A DNA stretch of 64,000 bases, from positions 4,050 to 68,049 of the forward strand of contig BGOS01000020.1 of the NCBI GenBank assembly GCA_003569365.1, written 5' to 3'. This document shows positions 19,219-31,342 of the stretch, one piece after another. The notes below the pieces were generated by a model that searched no databases, was not told the origin of the DNA, and saw only the letters and a program-made list of their open reading frames with translations. How positions within the stretch are numbered: position 1 is the first letter of the stretch; each line of letters opens with the position of its first letter. The stretch is from Anaerolineaceae bacterium (GTDB lineage Bacteria > Chloroflexota > Anaerolineae > Anaerolineales > UBA11657). The position numbers and the translations under genes were made by a program.

Positions 19219-20909
19219 TCGCTGAAGATCCGCACGCGCCGGTTGGGCTCTTTGCCATAAGAGTGCGAGATGAGCTGCGCGGTGCGCACCAGCTCATGCT
19301 GGTGGCGGCGGATGCGCGCATCTTGCGGGTACAGGTCCAGATGGCGCACGCCCAGGCGCACGCTCTCCACGCCCGCTTGCGCTTCTTGCAGCGCCTCTGC
19401 CAGCAGCGGGTCGTCCGCTTCCAGCCCGCTGCTCACCTGAAAAACCTCCATCAAAAAGCCGTCAATTTGATGCGCAGTGTTGGAGCGCAGCACATACACC
19501 GGCATGCCCAGGTTTTCGGCATCGCTGATCGGGCGCTGGCGCCGGCGGTAATAAGACTTAAGTGTGAGCAGCGCGCTGGCATCTTCCACACGGTCCACCA
19601 AGCGCAGCGGCACGCGCAGGCGCCGCGCCGCTTGCTCCACGCGCGTGCGCGTGATGCCGTAGGCATACACCTTCACCACCGGTGCATCGCCATTTTGCTC
19701 GGCTGCCCCGGGCGCTGATCCGGGCGCAGCTGCTGCTAAAGCAGCGGGGTTCGCATACGCGGAAGGTGCAATCGTACGCTGCACCTGGCCGCCTTGCACC
19801 ACCAGCGGCGGCCGCGCCGCGCGCGCATTACTGTCGTACGCGGCGGGCTGCGCACTGCGCCCCGCCTCCACGTGCAGCTTGCCCGCGGCGTCGCGGTAGC
19901 GCAGCTCCGGCACACTCGCAAAGCCGCGCAATGCGTTGTCCACAGCTGTGGCCACATCCGCATGAATGCGCAGGCGCGCGCGTTCCTCAATCTCCACCAG
20001 CACATCAAAAGTGGGCGGTGCGCGGCGCTCCAGCACCGTCTTGCGCGTGCCGCGCCGGCGCGCCTCTTCATCTGAGAGGGTCACCGCTTCCACGCCGCCC
20101 ACCAGGTCGGCCAGCGTCGGGTTGCGCAGCAGGTTGTCCAGCGTGTTGCCGTGCGCCGTGCCAATCAGCTGCACGCCGCGCTCCGCAATTGTGCGCGCAG
20201 CCAGCGCCTCCTGCTCGCGCCCGATCTCGTCAATCACAATTGTCTCGGGGTTGTGGTTCTCCACCGCTTCAATCATTACCTCATGCTGGCGCGCCGGGTT
20301 GGGCACTTGCATGCGCCGCGCGCGCCCCACCGCCGGGTGCGCAATATCGCCGTCACCGCCAATCTCGTTGGATGTGTCCACAACCACCACCCGCCGCCGC
20401 TCGCCAAGCACGCGTGCCGCTTCGCGCAGCATGGTGGTCTTGCCCACGCCCGGCCGCCCCAGCAGCAAAATACTTTTGCCGGAGAGCACCAGGTCTTCAA
20501 CAATTTGCGTGGTGCCGTAAACCGCGCGCCCCACGCGGCACGTCAGCCCGATGATTTTTCCCTGCCGGTTGCGAATGGCGGAGATGCGGTGCAGCGTGCG
20601 CTCGATGCCGGAGCGGTTGTCCGAGTCAAACTCGCGCAAGCCGGACACCACCGCCTGAATATCCGCCGCCGTCAATTTAGTTTCCGCCAGCGCCACCTCG
20701 CCGCTCAGGTAGCGCGCTGCCGGCACGCGCCCCACATCCATTACCACCTCCAGCAGCTCATCAGACCGGTCCAGCTCGCGCACGCGCTGCGCAATTGCCG
20801 GCGGCAGCAGGTTCAGCAGCGCAGGCAGGTCATCAGTCAGCGGCAGGTCGGGGTCCAGCACCGGCGTGTCATCCAACGCTTCCGGGTTCGGTCGTGGGTT
20901 GCGCATCAA
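19215..20909 (-). CDS. Ycf45/SpoIIIAA-like AAA ATPase with C-terminal R3H domain
   Basis: GRPGVGKTT, DTSNEIGGDGD, VENHNPETIVIDEIG, GTAHG; R3H motif RRHQH...SYGKEPNRRV. Confidence 0.88.
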   Translation of the reverse strand: MMRNPRPNPEALDDTPVLDPDLPLTDDLPALLNLLPPAIAQRVRELDRSDELLEVVMDVGRVPAARYLSGEVALAETKLTAADIQAVVSGLREFDSDNRSGIERTLHRISAIRNRQGKIIGLTCRVGRAVYGTTQIVEDLVLSGKSILLLGRPGVGKTTMLREAARVLGERRRVVVVDTSNEIGGDGDIAHPAVGRARRMQVPNPARQHEVMIEAVENHNPETIVIDEIGREQEALAARTIAERGVQLIGTAHGNTLDNLLRNPTLADLVGGVEAVTLSDEEARRRGTRKTVLERRAPPTFDVLVEIEERARLRIHADVATAVDNALRGFASVPELRYRDAAGKLHVEAGRSAQPAAYDSNARAARPPLVVQGGQVQRTIAPSAYANPAALAAAAPGSAPGAAEQNGDAPVVKVYAYGITRTRVEQAARRLRVPLRLVDRVEDASALLTLKSYYRRRQRPISDAENLGMPVYVLRSNTAHQIDGFLMEVFQVSSGLEADDPLLAEALQEAQAGVESVRLGVRHLDLYPQDARIRRHQHELVRTAQLISHSYGKEPNRRVRIFSE

Positions 20910-20913
20910 CAGC

Positions 20914-21948
20914 TCAATTCAAGCGTTCCCAAGCCGGCAGCGTGCCCGGCACGGGCGCAAACTCCGCAGGCAGATTCGGGCGCGCCGCGTACCCCGCTAA
21001 TGCGGGCAGCAAATCCGCACGCGCAGACTCAGTGATGCGCGCCGATACTTTTATTTCTGGCGCCGGCAGCACAGCCAGCCGGTCCAACAGCGCGCGGCGC
21101 ACCGGCACCACCAGGCGCTTCACCATCACCGCCTGCTGCCCGTAGAGCGTAAAGCCAAAATCAAGCAGCGTATGCCGCATCCATTGCTGGTAACTGCGCA
21201 CGCACCAATACAAGGGGTTGCCGGACTGATGCGCTTCCAGCTGCAAAAATCCGCCGACCACCACAGAAATAGCATCCTGCACCTCTGGATGCAGAAACGG
21301 CTGCACGAAACAGCCGCGCGTGCCGCGCCCAACCTGCAGAAACGCCTGCAGCTCGCCGCCGCGCGTGAACACATAGCCATTGCCCTTCGCGGACGGCGCC
21401 GGCTCCACCTGCTGCACCAGCCGCGGCACCACATTGTCATAAAGCGCAAGCACCGCCAAGCCATCCGCCGCCGTGCGCTTGCGCAAAGCGCTGCTGGGGC
21501 CGGGCGGCACCGGCGGCTGCAGCTGGTAGATTTCCTGGCGGGCATAGATTGAAAAACCGCTGCGGCGCAGCATTTCAAATTCCGCGCTGTGCTCGTCAAC
21601 TTCGGCAATCAGATTTTGCGCGCCGCGCCGGCCGGCTTCGGCGGCCAGCTCCTCCAGCAGTGCGCTGCCCGTATGCGGCGGCAGCTGCCCGCTGGCCGGC
21701 GCCAGAAAGTGCACGCGCGCGTGTGTGCCGCTGCTGCGCAGCTGCGCAAACGCCGGCTGCGCGCCGGGCTCACGCGCCACAAAGGTGGCAGCAGAGCTGC
21801 CCACAATCATGTAGCCCGCAATGCCCACCGTCAGCGGATGCGTGTCGCGCGTCAGCGCTGCCTCGGTGTGCAGGCATATCCCCTGCACGCTCATGCGCCG
21901 CAGCGCCGCCAGGTCGCGCCAGTCCAATGCCCGGATTAGCAATGGCAT
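20914..21948 (-). CDS. Conserved hypothetical protein, possibly tandem GNAT-like fold
   Basis: 344-aa ORF packed tightly in the operon; LRRSGFSIYARQ and CVRSYQ..M...L..FGF resemble GNAT motif B. Confidence 0.65.
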   Translation of the reverse strand: MPLLIRALDWRDLAALRRMSVQGICLHTEAALTRDTHPLTVGIAGYMIVGSSAATFVAREPGAQPAFAQLRSSGTHARVHFLAPASGQLPPHTGSALLEELAAEAGRRGAQNLIAEVDEHSAEFEMLRRSGFSIYARQEIYQLQPPVPPGPSSALRKRTAADGLAVLALYDNVVPRLVQQVEPAPSAKGNGYVFTRGGELQAFLQVGRGTRGCFVQPFLHPEVQDAISVVVGGFLQLEAHQSGNPLYWCVRSYQQWMRHTLLDFGFTLYGQQAVMVKRLVVPVRRALLDRLAVLPAPEIKVSARITESARADLLPALAGYAARPNLPAEFAPVPGTLPAWERLN

Positions 21949-21957
21949 GCTTCTAGT

Positions 21958-22552
21958 TTACTTTCCGGCCAGCTGCAAAAACAATTCATGAAAGCGCGGG
22001 TCTGCCGTGAGCTCCGGATGAAAAGCCGTAGCCAGCAGGCGCCCCTGGCGCGCTGCCACAATTTCGCCAGCGGGCAGCGTTGCCAGCACTTCCACATCCG
22101 GCCCCACACTCTCAATCATTGGCGCGCGAATAAAAATTGCGTGGAAGGCTTTGTGGCTGCCATTTTCGCCGGTTAGCCAGGGCGGGCACATGCAGTTGCG
22201 CTTCAAAGCTGTCCACCTGGCGCCCGAACGCGTTGCGCTGCACCGTGATGTCCATCAGGTTCAGCAGCGGCTGCAAGCGGTGTGCGTCGCGCGATAGCAG
22301 AATGGCGCCGGCACAAGTGCCCCAGATTGCAGCGCCCTGCGCAGCCAGATTGCGCATCGGCTGCATCAGCCCGTACGCTTCGGCTAGTTTGCCTATGGTT
22401 GTGGATTCTCCGCCGGGGATCACCAGCCCGGCCAGGCCCGCCAGCTGCGCCGGCAGGCGCACCGCGCGCGCCTCCGCCCCCAGGTGCTGCAACACCGTGA
22501 GGTGTGCATGGAAGTCGCCCTGCAGCGCGAGTACGCCGACCGCGACGCCCAT
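21958..22552 (-). CDS. pdxT: PLP synthase glutaminase subunit, apparent frameshift near 22175
   Basis: GVLALQG, PGGEST, GTCAG and RNAFGRQ..SFE in ORF 22112..22552; FIRAP and AFHPEL in the shifted ORF 21958..22206; adjacent to pdxS. Confidence 0.92.
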
Positions 22553-22558
22553 GCGCGT

Positions 22559-23446
22559 TTACCAGCCGCGCGAGGCGAGCAGCTCGGTGGAGGGGATGTC
22601 GTGCACGTGAATGCCGACCATCGCCACGCCAATGTTCTTGCTTACATCAGCAATGATGGCGGCATCTTGAAAATGCGTGGTTGCCATCACAATCGCCTTC
22701 GCCCGCTTAAGCGGATCGCCGGATTTAAAAATGCCCGAGCCCACAAACACGCCATCCACGCCCAGCTGCATCATCAACGCTGCATCCGCCGGCGTCGCAA
22801 TGCCGCCAGCCGCAAAGTTCACCACCGGCAAGCGCCCGCGTTCGCGCGTCTCCTTCACCAGCTCGTACGGCGCGCCAATCTCCTTCGCAAACGCCATCAA
22901 CTCTTCCTCTTGCAGGGATTGCAGCCGGCGAATAGCGCCGAGCACGCTGCGCGCATGGCGCACGGCCTCCACCACATCCCCGGTGCCGGCTTCGCCCTTG
23001 GTGCGCATCATTGCAGCACCTTCGCCAATCCGGCGCAGCGCCTCGCCCAGGTTGCGGCAGCCGCACACAAACGGCACCTTGAAGTCATGCTTGTTTACAT
23101 GGTGCTCTTCATCCGCCGGCGTCAGCACTTCGGACTCATCAATGTAATCCACGCCCAGCGATTCCAGAACCTGCGCCTCAACAAAGTGGCCGATGCGGCA
23201 CTTGGCCATCACCGGAATGGAAACCGTCTCCATGATTTTTTCGATCATCGCCGGGTCGGACATGCGCGCCACGCCGCCGTCCGCGCGAATGTCCGCGGGC
23301 ACGCGCTCCAGCGCCATCACTGCGCAGGCACCAGCCTCTTCGGCAATCTTCGCTTCGTCGGCGTTAACCACATCCATGATCACGCCGCCCTTCAGCATCT
23401 CTGCCAGCCCGCGTTTGAGTGTCACCGTTCCAGTTTGAGGTTCCAT
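22559..23446 (-). CDS. pdxS: Pyridoxal 5'-phosphate synthase lyase subunit
   Basis: [44 protein letters not shown]. Confidence 0.97.
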   Translation of the reverse strand: MEPQTGTVTLKRGLAEMLKGGVIMDVVNADEAKIAEEAGACAVMALERVPADIRADGGVARMSDPAMIEKIMETVSIPVMAKCRIGHFVEAQVLESLGVDYIDESEVLTPADEEHHVNKHDFKVPFVCGCRNLGEALRRIGEGAAMMRTKGEAGTGDVVEAVRHARSVLGAIRRLQSLQEEELMAFAKEIGAPYELVKETRERGRLPVVNFAAGGIATPADAALMMQLGVDGVFVGSGIFKSGDPLKRAKAIVMATTHFQDAAIIADVSKNIGVAMVGIHVHDIPSTELLASRGW

Positions 23447-23665
23447 TCCATTGCTCCGTTTGCAAGCTATTGAACTTGGAGTTTACCACTTTCAGCACAC
23501 AGGACTGCCAATCCGCAAGCTGCGCCACACACCCACAGCGGGTGAAATCCGCTCCAAATTTAGGGTGTTATCGGCAGATTTAGGATGCATACTGAGCGCC
23601 TGTATTAGAATAATACCCACTTGCGGCGGGGGTTGTACACCCGCCCTGCCCGCGGAGGCACCCAA

Positions 23666-24916
23666 TTGACCGATGACTTGAACCCGTTTGCACTCGCCCA
23701 GCAAAAGCTGGACGAAGCTGCCGCCATCTTGAATCTGGATGATGCCACGCACCAGATGCTGCGCTGGCCGCAGCGCGAGTTGCATGTGACTGTGCCCGTG
23801 CGCATGGATGACGGCAGCACGCGCATCTTCCATGGCTTTCGCGTGCAGTACAACGACGCGCGCGGACCCACGAAGGGCGGCATCCGCTTTCATCCGGATG
23901 AAACCATCAACACAGTGCGCGCACTGGCTGCGTGGATGACCTGGAAGACCGCCGTTGTGGATGTACCACTGGGCGGTGCCAAGGGCGGCATCATTTGCAA
24001 TCCCAAAGAGCTCTCGCTGGCAGAGCTGGAGCGCATGAGCCGCTCCTACATCCGCCAAGTGGGGCGCATCCTTGGCCCGGACCAGGACATTCCCGCGCCG
24101 GACATTAATACCAACCCACAGGTAATGGCATGGATGGCGGATGAGTTTGCAGCCATGCGCGGCCACAACAGTTTTGGCATGATCACCGGCAAGCCGCTTT
24201 CAATGGGCGGATCGTTGGGGCGCGGCGATGCCACCGCCCGCGGCGGCGCGGCCTGCCTGCGTGAAGCCGCGCGCGAACTGCGCATTGACTTGCAAGGCGC
24301 AAAGATTGCCATTCAAGGCTACGGAAACGTGGGTTCCTACATGCACATGCTTGCACAGCACCAGCTGGGCATGCAGGTGGTCGCCGTCTCTGATGATGTT
24401 GGCGGAATTTTCAACGCCGCCGGGCTGGATTACGAAACGGTACGCGCCCACAAGCAGGCGCACGGCAACGTGCTGGCGCTGCCGGGCAGCCAGCCCATCT
24501 CCAACGCCGAGCTGCTGGTGCTGGATGTCGAGGTGCTGGTGCCCGCCGCTATCGAAAGCGTCATCACCGCTGCCAACGCCGGCAACATTCGCGCCCGCAT
24601 CATTGCCGAGCTGGCCAACGGCCCCACCACGCCCGCGGCAGATGCCATCTTGTATGAACGCGGCGTTTACATCATCCCGGACTTCTTGTGCAACGCCGGC
24701 GGCGTCACGGTCTCCTACTTTGAGATGGTGCAAAACTCCTACGGCTTCTACTGGACCGAGGAGATGGTGCACGAGCGACTGGAGGCCAAGATGACGGCGG
24801 CCTTCCGCGCCGTGCACTCCGGCGCGCAAGCGCACCGCGTGGACAACCGCATGGCTGCGTATCTGGTGGCGGTAGCGCGCGTGGCAGAAGCGATGAAGGT
24901 GCGCGGCTGGGTGTAG
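23666..24916 (+). CDS. gdhA: Glutamate dehydrogenase (Glu/Leu/Phe/Val family)
   Basis: GPTKGGIRFHP, GGAKGG, DIPAPD, TGKP, QGYGNVG, ANGP, NAGGV. TTG start at 23666 with GGAGG RBS. Confidence 0.93.
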   Translation: MTDDLNPFALAQQKLDEAAAILNLDDATHQMLRWPQRELHVTVPVRMDDGSTRIFHGFRVQYNDARGPTKGGIRFHPDETINTVRALAAWMTWKTAVVDVPLGGAKGGIICNPKELSLAELERMSRSYIRQVGRILGPDQDIPAPDINTNPQVMAWMADEFAAMRGHNSFGMITGKPLSMGGSLGRGDATARGGAACLREAARELRIDLQGAKIAIQGYGNVGSYMHMLAQHQLGMQVVAVSDDVGGIFNAAGLDYETVRAHKQAHGNVLALPGSQPISNAELLVLDVEVLVPAAIESVITAANAGNIRARIIAELANGPTTPAADAILYERGVYIIPDFLCNAGGVTVSYFEMVQNSYGFYWTEEMVHERLEAKMTAAFRAVHSGAQAHRVDNRMAAYLVAVARVAEAMKVRGWV

Positions 24917-24940
24917 CAACCGCTGCGCAATGCTGCAAAG

Positions 24941-24971
24941 AAAAAAGCCCCGCAGTGTAGCGGGGCTTTTT
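24941..24971. terminator. Bidirectional intrinsic terminator
   Basis: AAAAAAGCCCCGC-AGTGTA-GCGGGGCTTTTT between the convergent gdh and cytochrome c genes. Confidence 0.88.
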
Positions 24972-24994
24972 GTTTCATTACACGGTGGTTGCGC

Positions 24995-25849
24995 TTACTT
25001 GATCGTCTGCAGATATGCAATCACATCCGCCAGATCCTGCGCTGCCATTTGCTCGCCGTAAATCTTGGGCATGATGTTGGCCACATAAGGCGGCACTACA
25101 TAGACATTGGTCTGCAAAATGGATTCGCGCAGATATTCCTCGGCGCTGGTGGCGTTGCCGGTATAGTCCGCCGCCGTGAAGCGTGTGGCAGCGCGCTCCG
25201 CAATGGATACGCCGCCGGAGTAGTATTTGGCGGGCCAGCCAGGGCCGGGCGCAACGTTCATGTCCGGGTTCATGTGGCACGCCACGCAGCCGTAGGTCTG
25301 CGTCAGTTTTTCGCCGTGCGCTACATCGCCTTTGGGCAGCACCGGGTCCTTCAGGTCCAAGCCCACGGCCACAAAGTCAGATGGTTTTTCTGCCACAACC
25401 TCGAGCAGCGCGGTCTCTTCCCAGTTCATCACAAAGTCCACAATGTTGTTCACCTGGTCGGGGCGCAGCGGGCCGCCAAATTCCCGGCTCCAAGTGGGCA
25501 TGCGCTGCGGATAGTCTGCAAACGCAGCTGATGCACGCGGCCGGCCGCCGGCAATTGCACCGTGCACATAGTCGTGCGTGGTGCCACTCCAGCCAATCTC
25601 CTTGAAGCGCGTGCCGTTGTACAGGTCCGCTGCGTTGATCGCAGGCGCACGCCCCGCAATTCCCTTGCCATCAGGACCGTGGCAGGTGGCGCAATTGTTT
25701 GCATACAACGCCGCCCCGGCTTCCACCGACCGGCCATGGTAGCCGCTTTCAAATTGCGCCATGCGCGCCGGCTCATCGATTGCAGTAAAACTCACGATCA
25801 TCAGGGTTGCCACCATGAAGACCGTGCCCAGCGCCACTCGTGTAATCAT
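24995..25849 (-). CDS. Membrane-anchored diheme cytochrome c of the Rieske/cytochrome b complex
   Basis: N-terminal TM helix, CATCH and CVACH heme motifs, distal MP Met ligands; operonic with cytochrome b and Rieske genes. Confidence 0.9.
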   Translation of the reverse strand: MITRVALGTVFMVATLMIVSFTAIDEPARMAQFESGYHGRSVEAGAALYANNCATCHGPDGKGIAGRAPAINAADLYNGTRFKEIGWSGTTHDYVHGAIAGGRPRASAAFADYPQRMPTWSREFGGPLRPDQVNNIVDFVMNWEETALLEVVAEKPSDFVAVGLDLKDPVLPKGDVAHGEKLTQTYGCVACHMNPDMNVAPGPGWPAKYYSGGVSIAERAATRFTAADYTGNATSAEEYLRESILQTNVYVVPPYVANIMPKIYGEQMAAQDLADVIAYLQTIK

Positions 25850-25862
25850 GCCTGTCTCCCGC

Positions 25863-27434
25863 CTAATGCTCGTAAGCAGAGTCGCGATGCAGGTAGACCG
25901 TGAGTGGTTCGCTGGCGTGCGCGCCGTTGTTCTCCCACTCTACTTGCATGGTGACCTGCTTCAGGCCCGCTTGAATTTCGGTGATGGACATCTTGCCCTT
26001 TGCATTCACCAGCTGGTCGGCATAGCGCTCAATTTCCTGGTTGTAAAGCTGCAACACAGCTTGTAACCCCTGGCTGGGCGCATTGTTCCAACCGGATGCC
26101 ACCCACTCACCTACCGGCAGTTCGTCATACGCCGTTCCGCGCAGCAGGCCAGGGTGCGTCTGTGGTGCCAGAGTTGTTAGTACTTCCTGGTCCGGAGATG
26201 AGGACACGCCATAGTACGGCGTTCCCATAAACGTCAGCACGGACATGATCACAATCGTCAGCGCCGCAATCGAGAGGCCGATGCGCCGGTCGGCATAGCG
26301 CCGGCTTGGTCCCACTTCCAGATATGGCATTACAAACAGCAGCCCGCTGAGGATGCCCGGCAAAATCACGCCAAAGAAAACTTTGTCGCCCAGCTTAAGC
26401 ATGCCCTGCAACCACAGAAAGTACCAAGGCGCCGTGGTGTGCAAAGGCGTAATCTGCGAATCTGCGTGCGGCTCCAGCGGGGCATGCCAGCCGCCCCACG
26501 TCACCATGAATACCATCAGCGCCAGCCAGCCCACGGTCCAGAAGAGCTCGCGCGTCATCACATCCGGCAAAAAGTACAGGCGGCGCTCCATCGGCACCTT
26601 GCGCGCCGTGTCTTCGCCCACCTTCTCCGCACCCGGCGGCAGCGAGTGGCCGTGGATGATGACCTTGTAGTAATGCACGCCAACAAAAATGAATGCAATC
26701 AATGGCAGTGCAAAAACATGCAACAGGTAAAAGCGCAGCAAGCCGTTTGCGCCAATGTCTGCACCGCCCCGCACCAGCAGGTTCACCTCACGGCCCACCA
26801 CCGGGGTGGCTTCGGCCATGGAGGCGCCAATGGTTACGGCCCACAAGGCAAGCTGATCCCACGGCAGCAAGTAGCCGGAGAAGGAAAGAAACAAGGTAAG
26901 CAACAGCAGCACGCCACCGGTAAACCAGGTGAACTGGCGCGGCTTCTTGTAGCTGCCAGTTACAAATGTGCGCAGCATGTGGAGAAGAACCAGCATCACC
27001 ATCAACTCCGCCCCGAGCCGGTGCAGATCGCGCATGAACAGGCCAAACGGCACATTGCTCAGCAGGCTGAGCATGTTGGTGTAGGCAATGTCCGGTGAAG
27101 GCGTGTACCACAACATCAGGAACAGCCCGGTGATGGTTTCAAACACCAGCATGTAAGTCGTCAACCAGCCCAGCCGGAAGGTTGGGTAGAGCGACATCAC
27201 CTGCTCGTGAAAGAAGGTGGGGCGCATGTGCATCCAAAACCCGTCTGCGTGCGGCTTGACGCGCGGGTTGGGGCGCCTGGGCGCCTCGCCGCGCAAGATG
27301 GAGCGAATCTCGCCGATGTTGATGCCGGCAGTAATGCGCTCAACCGTCTGGTCTACCGTGGCTACCAGCGCACTGCGCCAGCCCTTGGTTTTGATGTCAT
27401 CGAGAATGGGGACGTGAAGCTTGAACAAGGCCAT
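25863..27434 (-). CDS. Cytochrome b of bc-type complex (b6-like and subunit IV-like parts in one chain)
   Basis: RDLH, LHMLR, GYLLPWDQ, RFYLLH...HY heme ligands; Qo-site motif reads APWY. Confidence 0.93.
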   Translation of the reverse strand: MALFKLHVPILDDIKTKGWRSALVATVDQTVERITAGINIGEIRSILRGEAPRRPNPRVKPHADGFWMHMRPTFFHEQVMSLYPTFRLGWLTTYMLVFETITGLFLMLWYTPSPDIAYTNMLSLLSNVPFGLFMRDLHRLGAELMVMLVLLHMLRTFVTGSYKKPRQFTWFTGGVLLLLTLFLSFSGYLLPWDQLALWAVTIGASMAEATPVVGREVNLLVRGGADIGANGLLRFYLLHVFALPLIAFIFVGVHYYKVIIHGHSLPPGAEKVGEDTARKVPMERRLYFLPDVMTRELFWTVGWLALMVFMVTWGGWHAPLEPHADSQITPLHTTAPWYFLWLQGMLKLGDKVFFGVILPGILSGLLFVMPYLEVGPSRRYADRRIGLSIAALTIVIMSVLTFMGTPYYGVSSSPDQEVLTTLAPQTHPGLLRGTAYDELPVGEWVASGWNNAPSQGLQAVLQLYNQEIERYADQLVNAKGKMSITEIQAGLKQVTMQVEWENNGAHASEPLTVYLHRDSAYEH

Positions 27435-27470
27435 GGTGATTGTTAATTCCTTTGCAGGTTACAAAATATT

Positions 27471-28106
27471 TTATAAACCGCCGCCGGGCTGCGTGTTGCT
27501 TGCGCCCTGTACCCGGAAGGCAGTGTTGATGCGCAGCGCCACAGCCCCTTTCGGTACTTCCAGTGCGGCGTTCTCGTCCACGCCAGCCGCGCCGGTGGGC
27601 GCCGATGACGCGAGCACTTTGCCGTCCGCATCCACAAACTCGATCGGGAAGGTGTCCAAGTTGCGGCGCGCCGGGCCATCCACGCGCGAACCGCTCGTCA
27701 GATATTTGGAACCATGGCATGGGCATTCAAAGCGGTCATTTGCAGGCGCCCATTTGTAAAGGCAGCCCAGATGCACACAAATCTTGTAGAGCGCCTTTAC
27801 GCCCGTCTGCACCGGATAGTCCACTGGCTGGCGCGGGTCACCCACGCGCCCGCCACCCAAGTTCACCAGCCACACGCGGGCGTCCGGCAGGTCTTTGGGT
27901 CCAGAGTCTACAGCCGGAATATCGGTAACGGGCACGGTAATGATGCCGCCAAACTCGCCTTCTTTGAAGCGCGGGAAAGCGAACCACAGAATTGCCCCGC
28001 CCATTTGCGCCATGAACAGCGTCATGGATGCGCCCCAAATGTAATACAAGAACTCGCGGCGTGAGAGCGGCGCAACTACCGGAGCCTGAAGTGCCTGAGC
28101 GGTCAT
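27471..28106 (-). CDS. Rieske 2Fe-2S subunit with Tat signal
   Basis: SRREFL twin-arginine motif, TM helix, CVHLGC and CPCHGSKY boxes, GPARR. Confidence 0.93.
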   Translation of the reverse strand: MTAQALQAPVVAPLSRREFLYYIWGASMTLFMAQMGGAILWFAFPRFKEGEFGGIITVPVTDIPAVDSGPKDLPDARVWLVNLGGGRVGDPRQPVDYPVQTGVKALYKICVHLGCLYKWAPANDRFECPCHGSKYLTSGSRVDGPARRNLDTFPIEFVDADGKVLASSAPTGAAGVDENAALEVPKGAVALRINTAFRVQGASNTQPGGGL

Positions 28107-28406
28107 ATATTCTGTATTCTCCGCGATTTGATTAGTGAACTATAGCACAAATGGTATCTCGTGTCACATTTTTAACAGTATGCTGTACATATTTTATGGC
28201 AAAAGCCGGCGCTTAATCCCGCACCAAGCCTGCCTGCCCATTCTTTGCTCCCAGTCGCTTCATATTAATGCAATTCCGCACGCACAGTGATTTTCCGATT
28301 GCCTCCGAGGCCTGTCCTGAGGACGCCTGCCTCAAGATTTGGCGGCGGATCGCCAAGCGTTTGCGGGTTGCCGGATATCCGTGCAGTGGGTTGGCGCGCC
28401 GCCCGT

Positions 28407-30224
<1,818 letters not shown>

Positions 30225-30563
30225 TTAAACCGCCGCCAGCACCGCTTCTATCTTTTGTTCGTACACCTTGGCCGGGCCGGCGCCCACTATTTTATCCACC
30301 ACCTGTCCGCCCTTAAAAAACAACAGCGCGGGAATGCCCTGAATGCCGTACTGCCCGGCATACTGCTGGTTCTCGTCAACATTCACCTTGGCCACAACTA
30401 TTTTGCCATCGTACTTGGTGGCCAGCGCATCAAGGATCGGGGCAATTTGCCGGCAGGGCCCGCACCACGGCGCCCAAAAATCCACAAGCACCGGCACTGT
30501 GGACTTCAATACCGCCTTGTCAAACGCCGCATCGGTCAAATGAACTACTTCTGAAGTGGACAT
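30225..30563 (-). CDS. trxA: Thioredoxin
   Basis: DFWAPWCGPC active site; GGAGG RBS. Confidence 0.96.
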   Translation of the reverse strand: MSTSEVVHLTDAAFDKAVLKSTVPVLVDFWAPWCGPCRQIAPILDALATKYDGKIVVAKVNVDENQQYAGQYGIQGIPALLFFKGGQVVDKIVGAGPAKVYEQKIEAVLAAV

Positions 30564-30605
30564 GTATCCTCCGTGTTTCCCGAATTGTATCGCAGACGGT
30601 GCGCG

Positions 30606-30902
30606 TTATTGGCGTGCCGCGCCGATGGCGGCAGCCAGCAACAAACCCACACCCAGCGGCAATACAAGTGCAACGAGCGTGTTGAGGAGGCGGTTGTCCC
30701 GGCGGGTAAAGATGCGCCCCAGCACATGCAGCTCGCTGACCGAGCCGGCCAGTGCACCGATGGCCACGCCCCACATAATGGCGCCCGGCCAGCCGCCAAG
30801 CAGCGCACGCACAGGCGGCCAAAAATTGGCTGTCATCAGCGCACCCACCAGCGCCACAATTATGCCGCTGGCCTGGTTCAGTCGCAGTTGGTGCCGGTCC
30901 AT
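30606..30902 (-). CDS. Small hypothetical membrane protein (3 TM)
   Basis: 98-aa hydrophobic ORF between the SCP2 gene and trxA. Confidence 0.65.
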   Translation of the reverse strand: MDRHQLRLNQASGIIVALVGALMTANFWPPVRALLGGWPGAIMWGVAIGALAGSVSELHVLGRIFTRRDNRLLNTLVALVLPLGVGLLLAAAIGAARQ

Positions 30903-30905
30903 CGA

Positions 30906-31238
30906 TTAGAACTTGAAAAAGTTTTGCATCTTCAGCGCCAGCGACATGTCGCCTTTGACCTTAATTTTTCCGCCCATGAATAGCGCCATTGCATTCGCCT
31001 CGCCGTTCACCACTTTTAACCAGTCTGCCGCAGACAGTTCCATGGTCATGTTGGGGCTGGGGTGGCTGCCGCTTTGCACCTGCAGCGCGCCATCCGCTAT
31101 CAGCAGCTGCCATTGCCCGCCCTGCTCGCCCGCCAAATCCATCTGGATCACGGCGTTGATTGAGCCGGCTTTCTCCGCCACAAAATGCGCCGGCATCCGC
31201 TCAAAAATCTGCTTCACGTTTTCTACAAGTGGTGGCAT
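30906..31238 (-). CDS. SCP2 sterol-binding domain protein
   Basis: GEQGGQW...G.ANAMALFMGGKIKVKGDMSLALK signature. Confidence 0.9.
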   Translation of the reverse strand: MPPLVENVKQIFERMPAHFVAEKAGSINAVIQMDLAGEQGGQWQLLIADGALQVQSGSHPSPNMTMELSAADWLKVVNGEANAMALFMGGKIKVKGDMSLALKMQNFFKF

Positions 31239-31342
31239 GGCAAGGTTTCTCCGTGGCCTGAGTTGCATGGAGTATATGGCTGCGGCCGGCAGTGCGTCAA
31301 ATAATTGGGCCGCATGCTATACTTTTTTTCGGCCGATTCGAA

